DNA of 64,000 bases from Candidatus Nealsonbacteria bacterium (GCA_047456315.1 CP179889.1:384776-448775), one strand, 5' to 3'. Shown: positions 36,659-45,636, numbered from the stretch's first letter. Notes: generated from the letters alone by a model not told the origin. Program-made: numbers and translations.

Positions 36659-37366
36659 ATGAATAAAATATCAAAAAGTTTAATAGTTCTATTTTTAGCT
36701 TTTCTTTTTGGAAGTAGTTTTGGGATTTTTTCTATCCAAGCTCAAAATGATAAACTTATTTTAGAAGTAATTATGGAGTGTGATATTCAATATACAGGGA
36801 ATAGCTGTATTGCTGAATTAAAACTTACTAATAATACTGGTGAAATTCTTGACGGAGAAACATATTTACATATAGATTATAAGGGTATTTGTGGAGATGG
36901 TTTTTTTGATGGAGAAGGAATTGAAGCTCAATTTTCTATTACAGATAATAGTTGGTTAGACTTCTCGGGCTGGGAAAATGGAACAACAGCGGTTTCAGGT
37001 TTTGAAATTGCTAAGGATGAAACTCAATCAGAACTTAAAATAAAGACTGTTTCAAATCTTTGCCCAGGGGAATACATTTTCATTCTTGAATTAAAAGGAA
37101 CTACTGATAAAGAAGAATACATAACTCCACCAGTAGTGATAGGTGGTAGTGGTTATTATACTCCTCCTGTCTTTACTAGTAAGCTTAGCGAAGCTGCTCA
37201 GGCAGTTGATGCCAATAAAGATGATAAAATTGATGTTCTGGATTTTAATGTATTAATGATTAACTGGGGCAGTACAACAGCTGGCAATATAGCTGATTTT
37301 GACAGCGACGGAAAAGTTGATATTTTTGATTTTAATTTATTAATGATTCATTGGGTAAATCTATGA
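36659..37366 (+). CDS. secreted dockerin-domain protein, copy 2
   Basis: Signal peptide. C-terminal dockerin repeats DANKDDKIDVLDFNVLMINW and DFDSDGKVDIFDFNLLMIHW. Confidence 0.75.
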   Translation: MNKISKSLIVLFLAFLFGSSFGIFSIQAQNDKLILEVIMECDIQYTGNSCIAELKLTNNTGEILDGETYLHIDYKGICGDGFFDGEGIEAQFSITDNSWLDFSGWENGTTAVSGFEIAKDETQSELKIKTVSNLCPGEYIFILELKGTTDKEEYITPPVVIGGSGYYTPPVFTSKLSEAAQAVDANKDDKIDVLDFNVLMINWGSTTAGNIADFDSDGKVDIFDFNLLMIHWVNL

Positions 37367-38121
37367 AAATTATGAATAAAACTATATTTACGGTTATATT
37401 AGGAGTATTAGGAACAGCAGTCTTAGCAGCGCCTGTGTTGGCATCTACTGCTCTTTCACTTTTACCAACAAACATTAATGTTGCTCAAGGGCAAAATTTC
37501 AGTCTGGTAACAGCAATCAACCCTCAAGGCGTTAATAATTATACGCTTAAATTAGAGCTTCAATATCCAGCCGACCTTTTAGGGGTGAAAAGATTTACTT
37601 TGGCAAATAACTGGATGGCGCTTTCAGAGCAGGGATATGATTTGATTGATAATGAAAACGGGCTTCTTATTAAAACAGCTGGTTATCCTGGAGGCGTTTC
37701 TGAACCTATAACCTTTGGTATTATTTCATTTTCAGCTAAAAAAACCGGAAGCGGAGTTATTAAAGTAGGGGATAATTCTTTTGTCCTTGACGCAACTAGT
37801 CAAGATGTTCTAAACGGCGTATTAGCTCAAACATCTATTGTAATAACATCACCAACATCAGAATCCGAGCCTGAGCCTGAACCAATATCAGAAGAACTAG
37901 AAGAACCAGAAGAGGTGATAATAGAAACTGTTTCTACGTCTACACAAGCTGAAGGCGATGAACAAACTTCAACATTAATAGGACAAACAACTTTCTTAGC
38001 GGCAATCGGTAATATCTTATCTCTTGGAACTAATAATGTTTGGCTGGCTCTTTTCGTAGGGCTGATAATCTTGGCAATTCTAATCTATTTTATTCTAAGA
38101 TTACGTCGTAAAAAATCTTAA
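37363..38121 (+). CDS. cohesin-like surface anchor protein, copy 2
   Basis: ATG 37363 overlaps the upstream TGA (ATGA). Signal peptide, cohesin-like domain, acidic linker, C-terminal TM + RLRRKKS. Confidence 0.65.
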   Translation: MKIMNKTIFTVILGVLGTAVLAAPVLASTALSLLPTNINVAQGQNFSLVTAINPQGVNNYTLKLELQYPADLLGVKRFTLANNWMALSEQGYDLIDNENGLLIKTAGYPGGVSEPITFGIISFSAKKTGSGVIKVGDNSFVLDATSQDVLNGVLAQTSIVITSPTSESEPEPEPISEELEEPEEVIIETVSTSTQAEGDEQTSTLIGQTTFLAAIGNILSLGTNNVWLALFVGLIILAILIYFILRLRRKKS

Positions 38122-38135
38122 AGGAGAAACTCATA

Positions 38136-38160
38136 AAAATCGCTCTTTGAGCGGTTTTTT
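38136..38160 (+). terminator. intrinsic terminator
   Basis: CGCTC-TTT-GAGCG stem-loop flanked by an A-run and followed by GTTTTTT. Confidence 0.7.
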
Positions 38161-38191
38161 AATAGAATAATAAAGGGTCACTCAATCTATG

Positions 38192-38200
38192 TTGTGCGAC
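38192..38200. repeat. recurrent motif copy TTGTGCGAC
   Basis: Intergenic, between the cassette-2 terminator and the first gene of the defence island. Confidence 0.6.
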
Positions 38201-38304
38201 GTTAACTTGATTTCGGGAAAAAATAGAAATATTATTAAATATAGATATGATCAATTTTTCAGAAAAAATAATTTTTTACAAGCAGGCTTTTTGAAATTAT
38301 TAAA

Positions 38305-38712
38305 ATGCAAGTAAAAAAAATCACTCATAGGACGCTACAAAAACTTATACAAAAGATTGCCGATAAAGCCGGTTATGACATTTTAGACAATAGACGGCTT
38401 GTTTTTAACAGGAATCCATCTCTTTATTATCAACCAGACCTAACGCTTCTTAAGAAAAGTTCACTTATTGTGGTTGAGGTTGAATTAACAACAGATAGCA
38501 GGAAATCACTAACTGGCGACATAGTGCGTGCAGGACTATCTGGCGCAAAAACATTTATAGGTATCGTGAAAGACTCAAAAACAGCCAATGCCATAGAAAA
38601 ATATGGAGAAGTATTAACGGATCGTATTTGTGAAATGTCTGAACTAAAAACTTATGGTCTCGCGGTTAATGATAGAGAATTTGTTGATAAATTAAAATTA
38701 ATGTTAAAATAA
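38305..38712 (+). CDS. small hypothetical protein, possible PD-(D/E)xK nuclease-like fold
   Basis: 135 aa. YYQPDL...LIVVEVELT resembles a PD...ExE/K core. Assignment is weak. Confidence 0.4.
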   Translation: MQVKKITHRTLQKLIQKIADKAGYDILDNRRLVFNRNPSLYYQPDLTLLKKSSLIVVEVELTTDSRKSLTGDIVRAGLSGAKTFIGIVKDSKTANAIEKYGEVLTDRICEMSELKTYGLAVNDREFVDKLKLMLK

Positions 38713-38719
38713 AAAACAT

Positions 38720-40435
38720 ATGGAGTTTAAAAAAGAACATCCATTATATTTCGAATCTAGTGGACGATTAGTGATTATTCTCGGAAGAGAATCCATTTCT
38801 AATCCTAATATAGCCCTGCTTGAAGTGATTAAAAATTCTTATGATGCAGACGCTAAAGAAGTTGATTTGACCTTTAAAAATCTTACTAAACCTCTTCACG
38901 AGAATGAAGTTATTATCGCTGATGATGGAAATGGTATGACAGAAGAAAACATCAAGCAGTACTGGATGAAACCGGCCACTGACAATAAGTTGCACGACCC
39001 TTTTACTAAGAAATATAAACGTCGTAAAATCGGTGAAAAGGGAATTGCTAGATTCGCGCTTTCTACTTTAGCCAAAGAAATCACACTTACCACGAAACCA
39101 GCCGGGAAATTAAAAGGTTATCAATTATATATTAACTGGCGTGAATTCGAACAAGAAGGGGGTTCTTTTGAAAAAATTCCCATTAGCTTTAAATCTTTTA
39201 GGAAAAAGAAGGCAGAACATGGCACTATAATTAAATTATCGACCTTGCGATTTAAATGGAATAAAGAACGCCTAAACAAATTTATCCGAGAAGTTGAAAT
39301 GATTACCCCGCCCACTGCGAAAGTAGATAATTTTAAAATTTCTGTGCATGTTCCTGATTTTCCTGATATAAGCGATCAAGCTTTAAAGAATAAATTTTTG
39401 AAGATTGCACCATACTGCTTTACAGCAACGCTCAATAAAAAAGGATTTTTGACTTATCGTGCTAAAACCCCTAAATCGAATAAGAAATATGGACCAGAAA
39501 AGACCACAAGATATTCATGCGGCCCAGTAGAATTTAGTTTTTGGTTTTTGCCTAGAAATAAAGGTAATTATGATGTTCTTGGTATCGATCTAAAGAGAAT
39601 TAAAATAGAAGAAATAAAGAAATTTCTCGATGAGTGGGGAGGTATAAAACTATATCGTGATGACTTGAGAGTAAAGCCATATGGAGATTTTGGGAACGAC
39701 TGGTTGGGACTTGAATCGTTGAGAATTAACGATCCGAGTGTTATGCCAGGCAATGATCAGGTTTGTGGCTATGTGAAGATTACTCGAAAAGATAATCCAG
39801 AAATAATCGATACCTCAACCCGAGAAGGAATTATCAACAATGTTGCTTTTCGGGATCTAAAGCAATTTTGTACAGAAGCGGTTAATTTTTTCGGCACTAT
39901 CAGAAAAGTTGTTGAGGAAAAAAGGGAATTTAAAAAGAAAGGTAAACGTAAGAAAAAAATAAAAGAACTGCAGAAACTGACGATACTTGGGCCCAAGGAA
40001 ACTTTTCTCGATTTCGGCAGGAAATATCCTGAGGTCTTTTACGTAAGACTTGAAAGCGAAATCAACCATGCTTTCCGCTATAATTTGCCCAACGCCTCAC
40101 TTATGCTTGCCAGAAAAATGGTGGAAAATCTGGCTTACAATCTAATGGAAGAAAAATTTGCTAGCAATAAAGGATTAAGATGGGATATTAAAAGAGACCG
40201 ACCATTGGGTTTTGCTAGATTGATAAGAAATCTTTCTGATAACGCATCATATTTTGATGGAGAGCAAAAAGTGCTCGTAAAAAAACTTATAAAGTTGATA
40301 AACATATTTAGAAGAGAGGCAAATCTTAAGGTTCATCAGATCATTGATTATCTTGAAGATAAAGAAGAGCTTAAATTGCTAAAAATACCAGATATAGTAG
40401 AAATTTTACTTAAACTAATTCGAAAAAATAAATAA
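38720..40435 (+). CDS. GHKL (HATPase_c/MORC-like) ATPase
   Basis: Bergerat fold boxes: N box LLEVIKNSYDADA, G1 IIADDGNGM, G2 IGEKGIARF. The C-terminal helical region resembles DUF4145-type modules of R-M proteins. Confidence 0.75.
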   Translation: MEFKKEHPLYFESSGRLVIILGRESISNPNIALLEVIKNSYDADAKEVDLTFKNLTKPLHENEVIIADDGNGMTEENIKQYWMKPATDNKLHDPFTKKYKRRKIGEKGIARFALSTLAKEITLTTKPAGKLKGYQLYINWREFEQEGGSFEKIPISFKSFRKKKAEHGTIIKLSTLRFKWNKERLNKFIREVEMITPPTAKVDNFKISVHVPDFPDISDQALKNKFLKIAPYCFTATLNKKGFLTYRAKTPKSNKKYGPEKTTRYSCGPVEFSFWFLPRNKGNYDVLGIDLKRIKIEEIKKFLDEWGGIKLYRDDLRVKPYGDFGNDWLGLESLRINDPSVMPGNDQVCGYVKITRKDNPEIIDTSTREGIINNVAFRDLKQFCTEAVNFFGTIRKVVEEKREFKKKGKRKKKIKELQKLTILGPKETFLDFGRKYPEVFYVRLESEINHAFRYNLPNASLMLARKMVENLAYNLMEEKFASNKGLRWDIKRDRPLGFARLIRNLSDNASYFDGEQKVLVKKLIKLINIFRREANLKVHQIIDYLEDKEELKLLKIPDIVEILLKLIRKNK

Positions 40436-40449
40436 TAGCTTGTATATAA

Positions 40450-41382
40450 ATGCAGAAGAATCTCATCGAGCTTTTTTGCGGGGCAGGAGGAATAAGTGAA
40501 GGCTTTAAGAATGCCGGTTTTAAAATATTATTGGGGATAGATATAAACCCCGTTTATCTATCTAGTTTTGCTGTGAATCATCCGAACGCGGAAACTTTAT
40601 GCGATGATATCCGCCATATAAACGGATCGACGATAAAAAAATATGTGGGAGAGAAAAAAATTTACGCAATAGTCGGCGGTCCACCATGTCAAGGATTTAG
40701 TGTCGCCAGAAAGAGAAATGTAAAGGATTCACGTAATAACTTGCCGTTGGAGTTTTTAAGAATAGTTAATGAGATCCGTCCCAGATGGTTTGTCTGTGAA
40801 AATGTGGTAGGAATATTAACAGCAAAATTACCTAGCGACATCTTGGTTAAAGATAGATTTATTGGGAAGGCAAAAAAAATTGGTTACAAAACAGAATATA
40901 GGATATTAAATGCTGCATATTTTGGAGTACCACAAAATCGCAGGAGAGTCATATTCATAGGTACTCGCCTCAATAAAAAAATTAGATTTCCATCACAAAA
41001 AGGAAATAAAACAAATTTATCATGGAAGATATTAACTAAAAAGCACTTAGTTCCCAAAAATTTATTTTACTCAAAAAAACTTATTAAAGGATTTCAGAAA
41101 AGAGAAAAAGATAATAGAAAAAAGGGTCTCGGTTTTAGGTGGCAATTTTTAAAACCTAAATCTCCTTCATATACTATTCCAGCGAGGTACTGGAAAGATG
41201 GTTCAAATGCGTTGGTTAAATATAAAGATGGATCTATAAGGATGCTTACAGAAGAGGAATGCTCTAAGATTCAAGGCTTTCCCCAAAATTATACTTTTCT
41301 TGGCAATAAAAGAAAGAGATATGAGCAAATTGGAAATGCTGTACCTCCCTTATTAGCCGCAGCGATTGCAAGGGAAATATAA
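40450..41382 (+). CDS. dcm: DNA (cytosine-5)-methyltransferase
   Basis: Motifs I FCGAGG, IV GGPPCQGFS, VI ENV, VIII QNRRRV, X GNAVPP. Confidence 0.93.
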   Translation: MQKNLIELFCGAGGISEGFKNAGFKILLGIDINPVYLSSFAVNHPNAETLCDDIRHINGSTIKKYVGEKKIYAIVGGPPCQGFSVARKRNVKDSRNNLPLEFLRIVNEIRPRWFVCENVVGILTAKLPSDILVKDRFIGKAKKIGYKTEYRILNAAYFGVPQNRRRVIFIGTRLNKKIRFPSQKGNKTNLSWKILTKKHLVPKNLFYSKKLIKGFQKREKDNRKKGLGFRWQFLKPKSPSYTIPARYWKDGSNALVKYKDGSIRMLTEEECSKIQGFPQNYTFLGNKRKRYEQIGNAVPPLLAAAIAREI

Positions 41383-41401
41383 AAAGTTTGTCGATAGACA
41401 T

Positions 41402-41812
41402 ATGACTGATGTACATACAACAACACAAAGATCTCGAAACATGTCAGCAATTAAAGGAAAAGGAAATCAAAGCACAGAAATCGCTTTTTTACGATTGCTT
41501 AAAAAGAATAAAATTACGGGCTGGCTACGACATTATAGATTTCTCAGAGGTAAGCCAGATTTTGTTTTTGTTGGCAAAAAAATTGCCATTTTTATTGATG
41601 GATGTTTCTGGCATGGTTGTCCGAAATGCAAGCTAGAGCCAGTAACAAACAAGAGGTTTTGGGCAGAAAAGATATCAATCAATAAGAAAAGGGATGTTGC
41701 CGTGTCGAAAGAGATAAAAAAAGCAAACTGGCTAGTGCTCCGTTTCTGGGAACATCAGATTAAAAAAAATCCCAAATCAGCAATAAAAAAACTAAAAAAA
41801 TACCTTAATTAG
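41402..41812 (+). CDS. vsr: very short patch repair endonuclease
   Basis: TTQRSRNMSAIKGKGNQSTE, LRGKPDFVF, AIFIDGCFWHGCPKC. ATG 41402 preferred over 41366. Confidence 0.9.
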   Translation: MTDVHTTTQRSRNMSAIKGKGNQSTEIAFLRLLKKNKITGWLRHYRFLRGKPDFVFVGKKIAIFIDGCFWHGCPKCKLEPVTNKRFWAEKISINKKRDVAVSKEIKKANWLVLRFWEHQIKKNPKSAIKKLKKYLN

Positions 41813-41840
41813 AAGACTTCAAATCAATCTTTATAAAAAA

Positions 41841-41864
41841 GTCGCACAAGGTATATTACACGAC
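41841..41864. repeat. recurrent motif copy in palindromic context (GTCGCACAA-GGTATA-TTACACGAC)
   Basis: 9-bp arms, 6 of 9 symmetric, separated by 6 bp. Opposite orientation to the copy at 38192. Confidence 0.6.
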
Positions 41865-41922
41865 GAAAAAACCATCCTTTACAGATGGTACAAAAGATAA
41901 TTCTTTTAGTTTCTAATTGCTT

Positions 41923-43266
41923 TTATTCAAATGTTCTTATATCAGGAATGGGCTTGTTATATTGGTCTAAGATTTCTCCCACTAATGGCACTATTACATT
42001 CGTTCTATAAAAGTATGTTTGTTCTGATGACATTTCGGTAATAACAGGGAATACAAGAGAGGGGACTAATATTTCAGCTGTATCCATTTTGTTTTCTGAC
42101 CTTTGCCACATTCTTACTAAACTTACTTCAGGGGTTCCAAGTTCTAAATCTAAGGTTTTTACAGCATTAGGATAAGTATAGTTTTTAAACAATCCTCCGT
42201 CTTCAGCAAAGGATATAATTTTATCCTTATTCGTTTCTTTAGCGTATTTTGAGCTTTCAAAAGTATTTGTAACAATACTATATACATTTACTACTTTTTT
42301 ATGTCTCAAGCTTACACTTACATTCATACCATATTTCTGTCCTCCTTGATCATAAATGATTTGGTCATCAATCTTGAGCGGATAAACAATTGGAATGTTT
42401 TCAGGAATAACTCCTCCTATTCCTGCATGCTTTGTAACTTCTCCTTTTTCATACAAATCTGTATTAATGCCGTATTCAGCAAGGAATTTATCTGAAATAG
42501 AAAGCAATTCTTCATCTGTTAACATTTCTGCTGGTGTATCAAACTCTTCTCTTGGCCATTTTTCCCAATTTGCATTAATAGACAATGAATTTTGCCTTGG
42601 GTAAATGTAAATAGAGTATCCAAAGTCACGATTTTCTGAAATTTCTATGTTGCCGATTTTAACATTCTGAAACTTATTAAGATTTAGAACGTTTAAATCA
42701 AGATTATTTGCAACGTTTGAAAGTGCTTTGTTTAAGAAATCTCCTTTCAACATTTTATAGACAGTGATTTGACCGCTATCAAGAGTGAAATCATCTCCAG
42801 CATATATAAAGTTGTAATTTACCATTTCTGGTGATACTACTCCCATTATTTCTCCGTTCCCGCCTCCGCCTCTTCCTGAAGTGTCAGGACTTTGAACTTC
42901 CTGCGAGAAAGAAAGATCTCCAAAAGCATTTTCACCAAGATCGTTTATTGCTAATTTGCCATTTTCTTGCGGTAAGTTTGTGATTATAATTGCACAAACT
43001 ATGATGGCTATTCCTACTAAAGCGTAGGTAAATTTTTTGTTGAATAATGTGTTGAACATGTTTGTGTGGGGTTTTATGCTACTTAATAATTTTGCTCTTT
43101 CAATTATTTTTACGCGGAGCTCCCGAACAAATTGTTCATCAATTTTACTTTCCGGTTTTGAGCGTAAAAGTTCTTGAATGATTTTAATTAATGTTTTTTC
43201 ATGCATTTTAAGACTTTGATCAATTAAATATACGTCTCTTAAAATTTGTTTTATTTGTTTGTCCAT
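41923..43266 (-). CDS. putative anti-sigma factor / single-pass membrane protein
   Basis: Directly downstream of the ECF sigma gene. About 80 aa cytoplasmic N-terminus, one TM (FTYALVGIAIIVCAIIITNL), large extracytoplasmic domain. Confidence 0.5.
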   Translation of the reverse strand: MDKQIKQILRDVYLIDQSLKMHEKTLIKIIQELLRSKPESKIDEQFVRELRVKIIERAKLLSSIKPHTNMFNTLFNKKFTYALVGIAIIVCAIIITNLPQENGKLAINDLGENAFGDLSFSQEVQSPDTSGRGGGGNGEIMGVVSPEMVNYNFIYAGDDFTLDSGQITVYKMLKGDFLNKALSNVANNLDLNVLNLNKFQNVKIGNIEISENRDFGYSIYIYPRQNSLSINANWEKWPREEFDTPAEMLTDEELLSISDKFLAEYGINTDLYEKGEVTKHAGIGGVIPENIPIVYPLKIDDQIIYDQGGQKYGMNVSVSLRHKKVVNVYSIVTNTFESSKYAKETNKDKIISFAEDGGLFKNYTYPNAVKTLDLELGTPEVSLVRMWQRSENKMDTAEILVPSLVFPVITEMSSEQTYFYRTNVIVPLVGEILDQYNKPIPDIRTFE

Positions 43267-43296
43267 ATTTGTTAAATTTTAGCTTCTATTATTTAA

Positions 43297-43321
43297 TACG
43301 ATATGTTTTTAAAAAAGTAAC
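43297..43321 (-). promoter_or_regulatory. ECF-type promoter GTTAC-N16-CGTA (upstream of anti-sigma gene)
   Basis: Minus strand GTTAC (43317-43321), 16 nt, CGTA (43297-43300). Shares about 35 nt of similarity with 43869-43893. Confidence 0.5.
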
Positions 43322-43839
43322 ATAGCTACAAATACTGATAATGGCATTTGTTCTTTTAATATTTTAATTGTTCTTGAAAATGCCATTTTACAACTAGCTT
43401 CACTTTTACCCATTGCTTCAGAAATCTCTTTGTATGACATCCCTTCCCAAACACGCAGAATAACAATTTCACGCTGCTCGCTTTTCAATGTTTTTAGATA
43501 TTCTTTAACATCTTCTAATCTCTTTGCTGTATCTAAATCACGTAATATATCTTCATCTGTAGATAAATCCCATATATCATCAATATTAATGCTGTTTTTT
43601 TTAGTTCTGTAAAAATCAATAACAGTGTTTCTAGCAATCTGATATATCCAGGTTGAAAAAGATCCCTTGCTTTCATCAAATCTATCAAGCTTATTTAATG
43701 CTTTAATAAAAGTGTCACTGGTTAAATCTTCTGCTGTTTCTTTATGATGGGTTTTGTAATAAATAAAATTAAAAATCTTCTTTATGTATTTATCATAAAG
43801 CTGGCCGAAATTATCTCTATTTACTTTTTCGTCTAACAT
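43309..43839 (-). CDS. ECF (sigma-70 family) RNA polymerase sigma factor
   Basis: Region 2 (DLTSDTFIKAL..FSTWIYQIARN) and region 4 (MSYKEISEAMGKSEASCKMAFSR). Confidence 0.9.
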   Translation of the reverse strand: MLDEKVNRDNFGQLYDKYIKKIFNFIYYKTHHKETAEDLTSDTFIKALNKLDRFDESKGSFSTWIYQIARNTVIDFYRTKKNSINIDDIWDLSTDEDILRDLDTAKRLEDVKEYLKTLKSEQREIVILRVWEGMSYKEISEAMGKSEASCKMAFSRTIKILKEQMPLSVFVAMLLF

Positions 43840-43868
43840 TTTACTAAAATTAGCGTTCTTTAATTTAA

Positions 43869-43893
43869 TACGATAGAATAATGGAAAGGTAAC
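43869..43893 (-). promoter_or_regulatory. ECF-type promoter GTTAC-N16-CGTA (upstream of sigma gene)
   Basis: Minus strand GTTAC (43889-43893), 16 nt, CGTA (43869-43872). About 30 nt before ATG 43839. Confidence 0.5.
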
Positions 43894-43990
43894 TTTATTA
43901 TACTAAAATTAGTATTGTAATTGGAGGCTTTCTTGCAATTCTGACATACAATATAATCAAAAGAAAAAAAAGAAGTAAAAAAGTTAGATT

Positions 43991-45145
43991 ATGAAGAAGA
44001 TATATTTAGATATTCTTAAATTCACGAAGCAATTAGTAGAGACGCCGTCTCAAAACGGAATTGATTCCGAAAAGAAAATGGCTGATATAGTTTTTAAGAA
44101 ACTATCTTCTTTTGGGTTTTCTCCAAAAATCATAGGGAGTAAAAAGCATGCTTCTGTGTTTTGTAAAATTACTAAGAATCCAAAAAGCAAAACCATCTGG
44201 TTAGAATCTTGTCTTGATACTGTTTCAGTAGGGAATGTTTCAAAATGGAAATATCCTCCATTAAAAGCTACTATCAAGGGCTCAAAGATGTATGGGAGAG
44301 GAGTGGCTGATTCTAAAGTGGGAATTGCTATTTTTTGTTATTTAGCTAAAGAACTTTACGGTGACTCGAGCTTTAAAGGTAATATTATTCTTGGTTTTGA
44401 TGCTAATGAGCAGAGTGGAGAATATAGTGGTATACGAGATATTGTAAAAACACAGAAACCAAAAGCTGATGTCTGTATTTTAGGGTATCAAGGCATAGAT
44501 GAAATTTCTATTGGAATGAGAGGTTGGTTAAGGTTAAAAATTATTACTAAAGGAAAATCGACTCATACGGGAAGTAGAAGTAAAAAAGGCAATAACGCTA
44601 TTCATCAAATGGTAGAGGTTATTACCGCTTTAAGGAAATTAGATCTTGAAGGTAAAAAAGAACCATTTTTTAATTACGGCTCTGCTTTTAATGTGTCACT
44701 CGTTAAGGGCGGTATTGCGATAAACATTGTTCCCGACGAATGTGAGATAAAGATTGATATAAGATTTTTGCCTTCACAGACCAAACAAGAGATTCTAGAT
44801 AAAATATCCAAAACATTAAAAGAATTAAGGAAGAAAAACCCTAATATTCATTATGAGATAGAATTTTTGCGATGCGAGCCCTCTTTCTTAACCAATCCTA
44901 AGGATAAATTTGTAAAATTATTACAGAGAACCGCACAAAAAGAACTTAAAAGAAAAATTCCTTTAGTTAGCAGTGGAGCAGGAAGCGTAGGAAGTGTTAT
45001 AAATAAGCTTGATATCCCAATAATAAATTCTTTTGGGTGTAAAAATAATAATGTTCACGCTTCAAATGAATGGATAGACATTAGCACTATCCCTAAAGTT
45101 TTTGAGATTTATAGAAAGGCAATCTTAGAATTTTGCAAGCGCTAA
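43991..45145 (+). CDS. M20-family metallopeptidase (ArgE/DapE-like)
   Basis: GRGVADSKVGIA block and the dimerisation-domain pattern. 384 aa. Confidence 0.8.
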   Translation: MKKIYLDILKFTKQLVETPSQNGIDSEKKMADIVFKKLSSFGFSPKIIGSKKHASVFCKITKNPKSKTIWLESCLDTVSVGNVSKWKYPPLKATIKGSKMYGRGVADSKVGIAIFCYLAKELYGDSSFKGNIILGFDANEQSGEYSGIRDIVKTQKPKADVCILGYQGIDEISIGMRGWLRLKIITKGKSTHTGSRSKKGNNAIHQMVEVITALRKLDLEGKKEPFFNYGSAFNVSLVKGGIAINIVPDECEIKIDIRFLPSQTKQEILDKISKTLKELRKKNPNIHYEIEFLRCEPSFLTNPKDKFVKLLQRTAQKELKRKIPLVSSGAGSVGSVINKLDIPIINSFGCKNNNVHASNEWIDISTIPKVFEIYRKAILEFCKR

Positions 45146-45192
45146 TTCTTGATTATTTTTCTGTGACTTCACTGGTAAAAAATAATCTTAAT

Positions 45193-45205
45193 ATTGTGCG
45201 ACATT
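45193..45205. repeat. 13-bp inverted repeat ATTGTGCGACATT (left)
   Basis: Perfect reverse complement at 45724-45736. Contains the recurrent TTGTGCGAC core. Confidence 0.75.
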
Positions 45206-45369
45206 TAATAGGCGAGAGAAAATCGTTAGGGTAGGGAACTATAACTTTTTTGTTTTTGAAGGATAATCCACTATTGACAAACCTTCTGGGTTTTTTTATT
45301 TTAAAGTAAAGATTTATTTAGGTCTTTTAAAAAACAAAAAAACATAAAGGAGGTGACTGCTAAAGAGTC

Positions 45370-45636
45370 ATGTCTATATTATTTTGTAAAGGATGCAGCA
45401 ATCAACTCCTAAAATTTAAAGGAGGAAAAAGGTTTGCAGAATTGGTTGTGGTTAAAAAAAATATAAAAGGGAAGTGGGTTGAGGTGAGAAATAAAAAACC
45501 TGAGGAAGGAGTTGAAAAAGATGAAAAGATTTTTTTTAAATGTCTTAATTGTGATTTTCTTAATGAGCTTCCGGAGTATATCTCCAGAAGAATACAGAAA
45601 ACGAAAAAAATAACTCCACTGCATCCTAAAATATAA
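45370..45636 (+). CDS. small zinc-ribbon protein
   Basis: CKGC...CLNC pairs, AAGGAGG RBS, own terminator. Confidence 0.5.
   Translation: MSILFCKGCSNQLLKFKGGKRFAELVVVKKNIKGKWVEVRNKKPEEGVEKDEKIFFKCLNCDFLNELPEYISRRIQKTKKITPLHPKI

Larger units (their letters stand above)
35788..38121. repeat. paralogous 3-gene cassette, copy 2 (inverted relative to 2744-4965)
   Basis: Same gene order. Over the first ~178 nt of the first gene I count 13 differences between copies; the middles are diverged. Confidence 0.8.
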
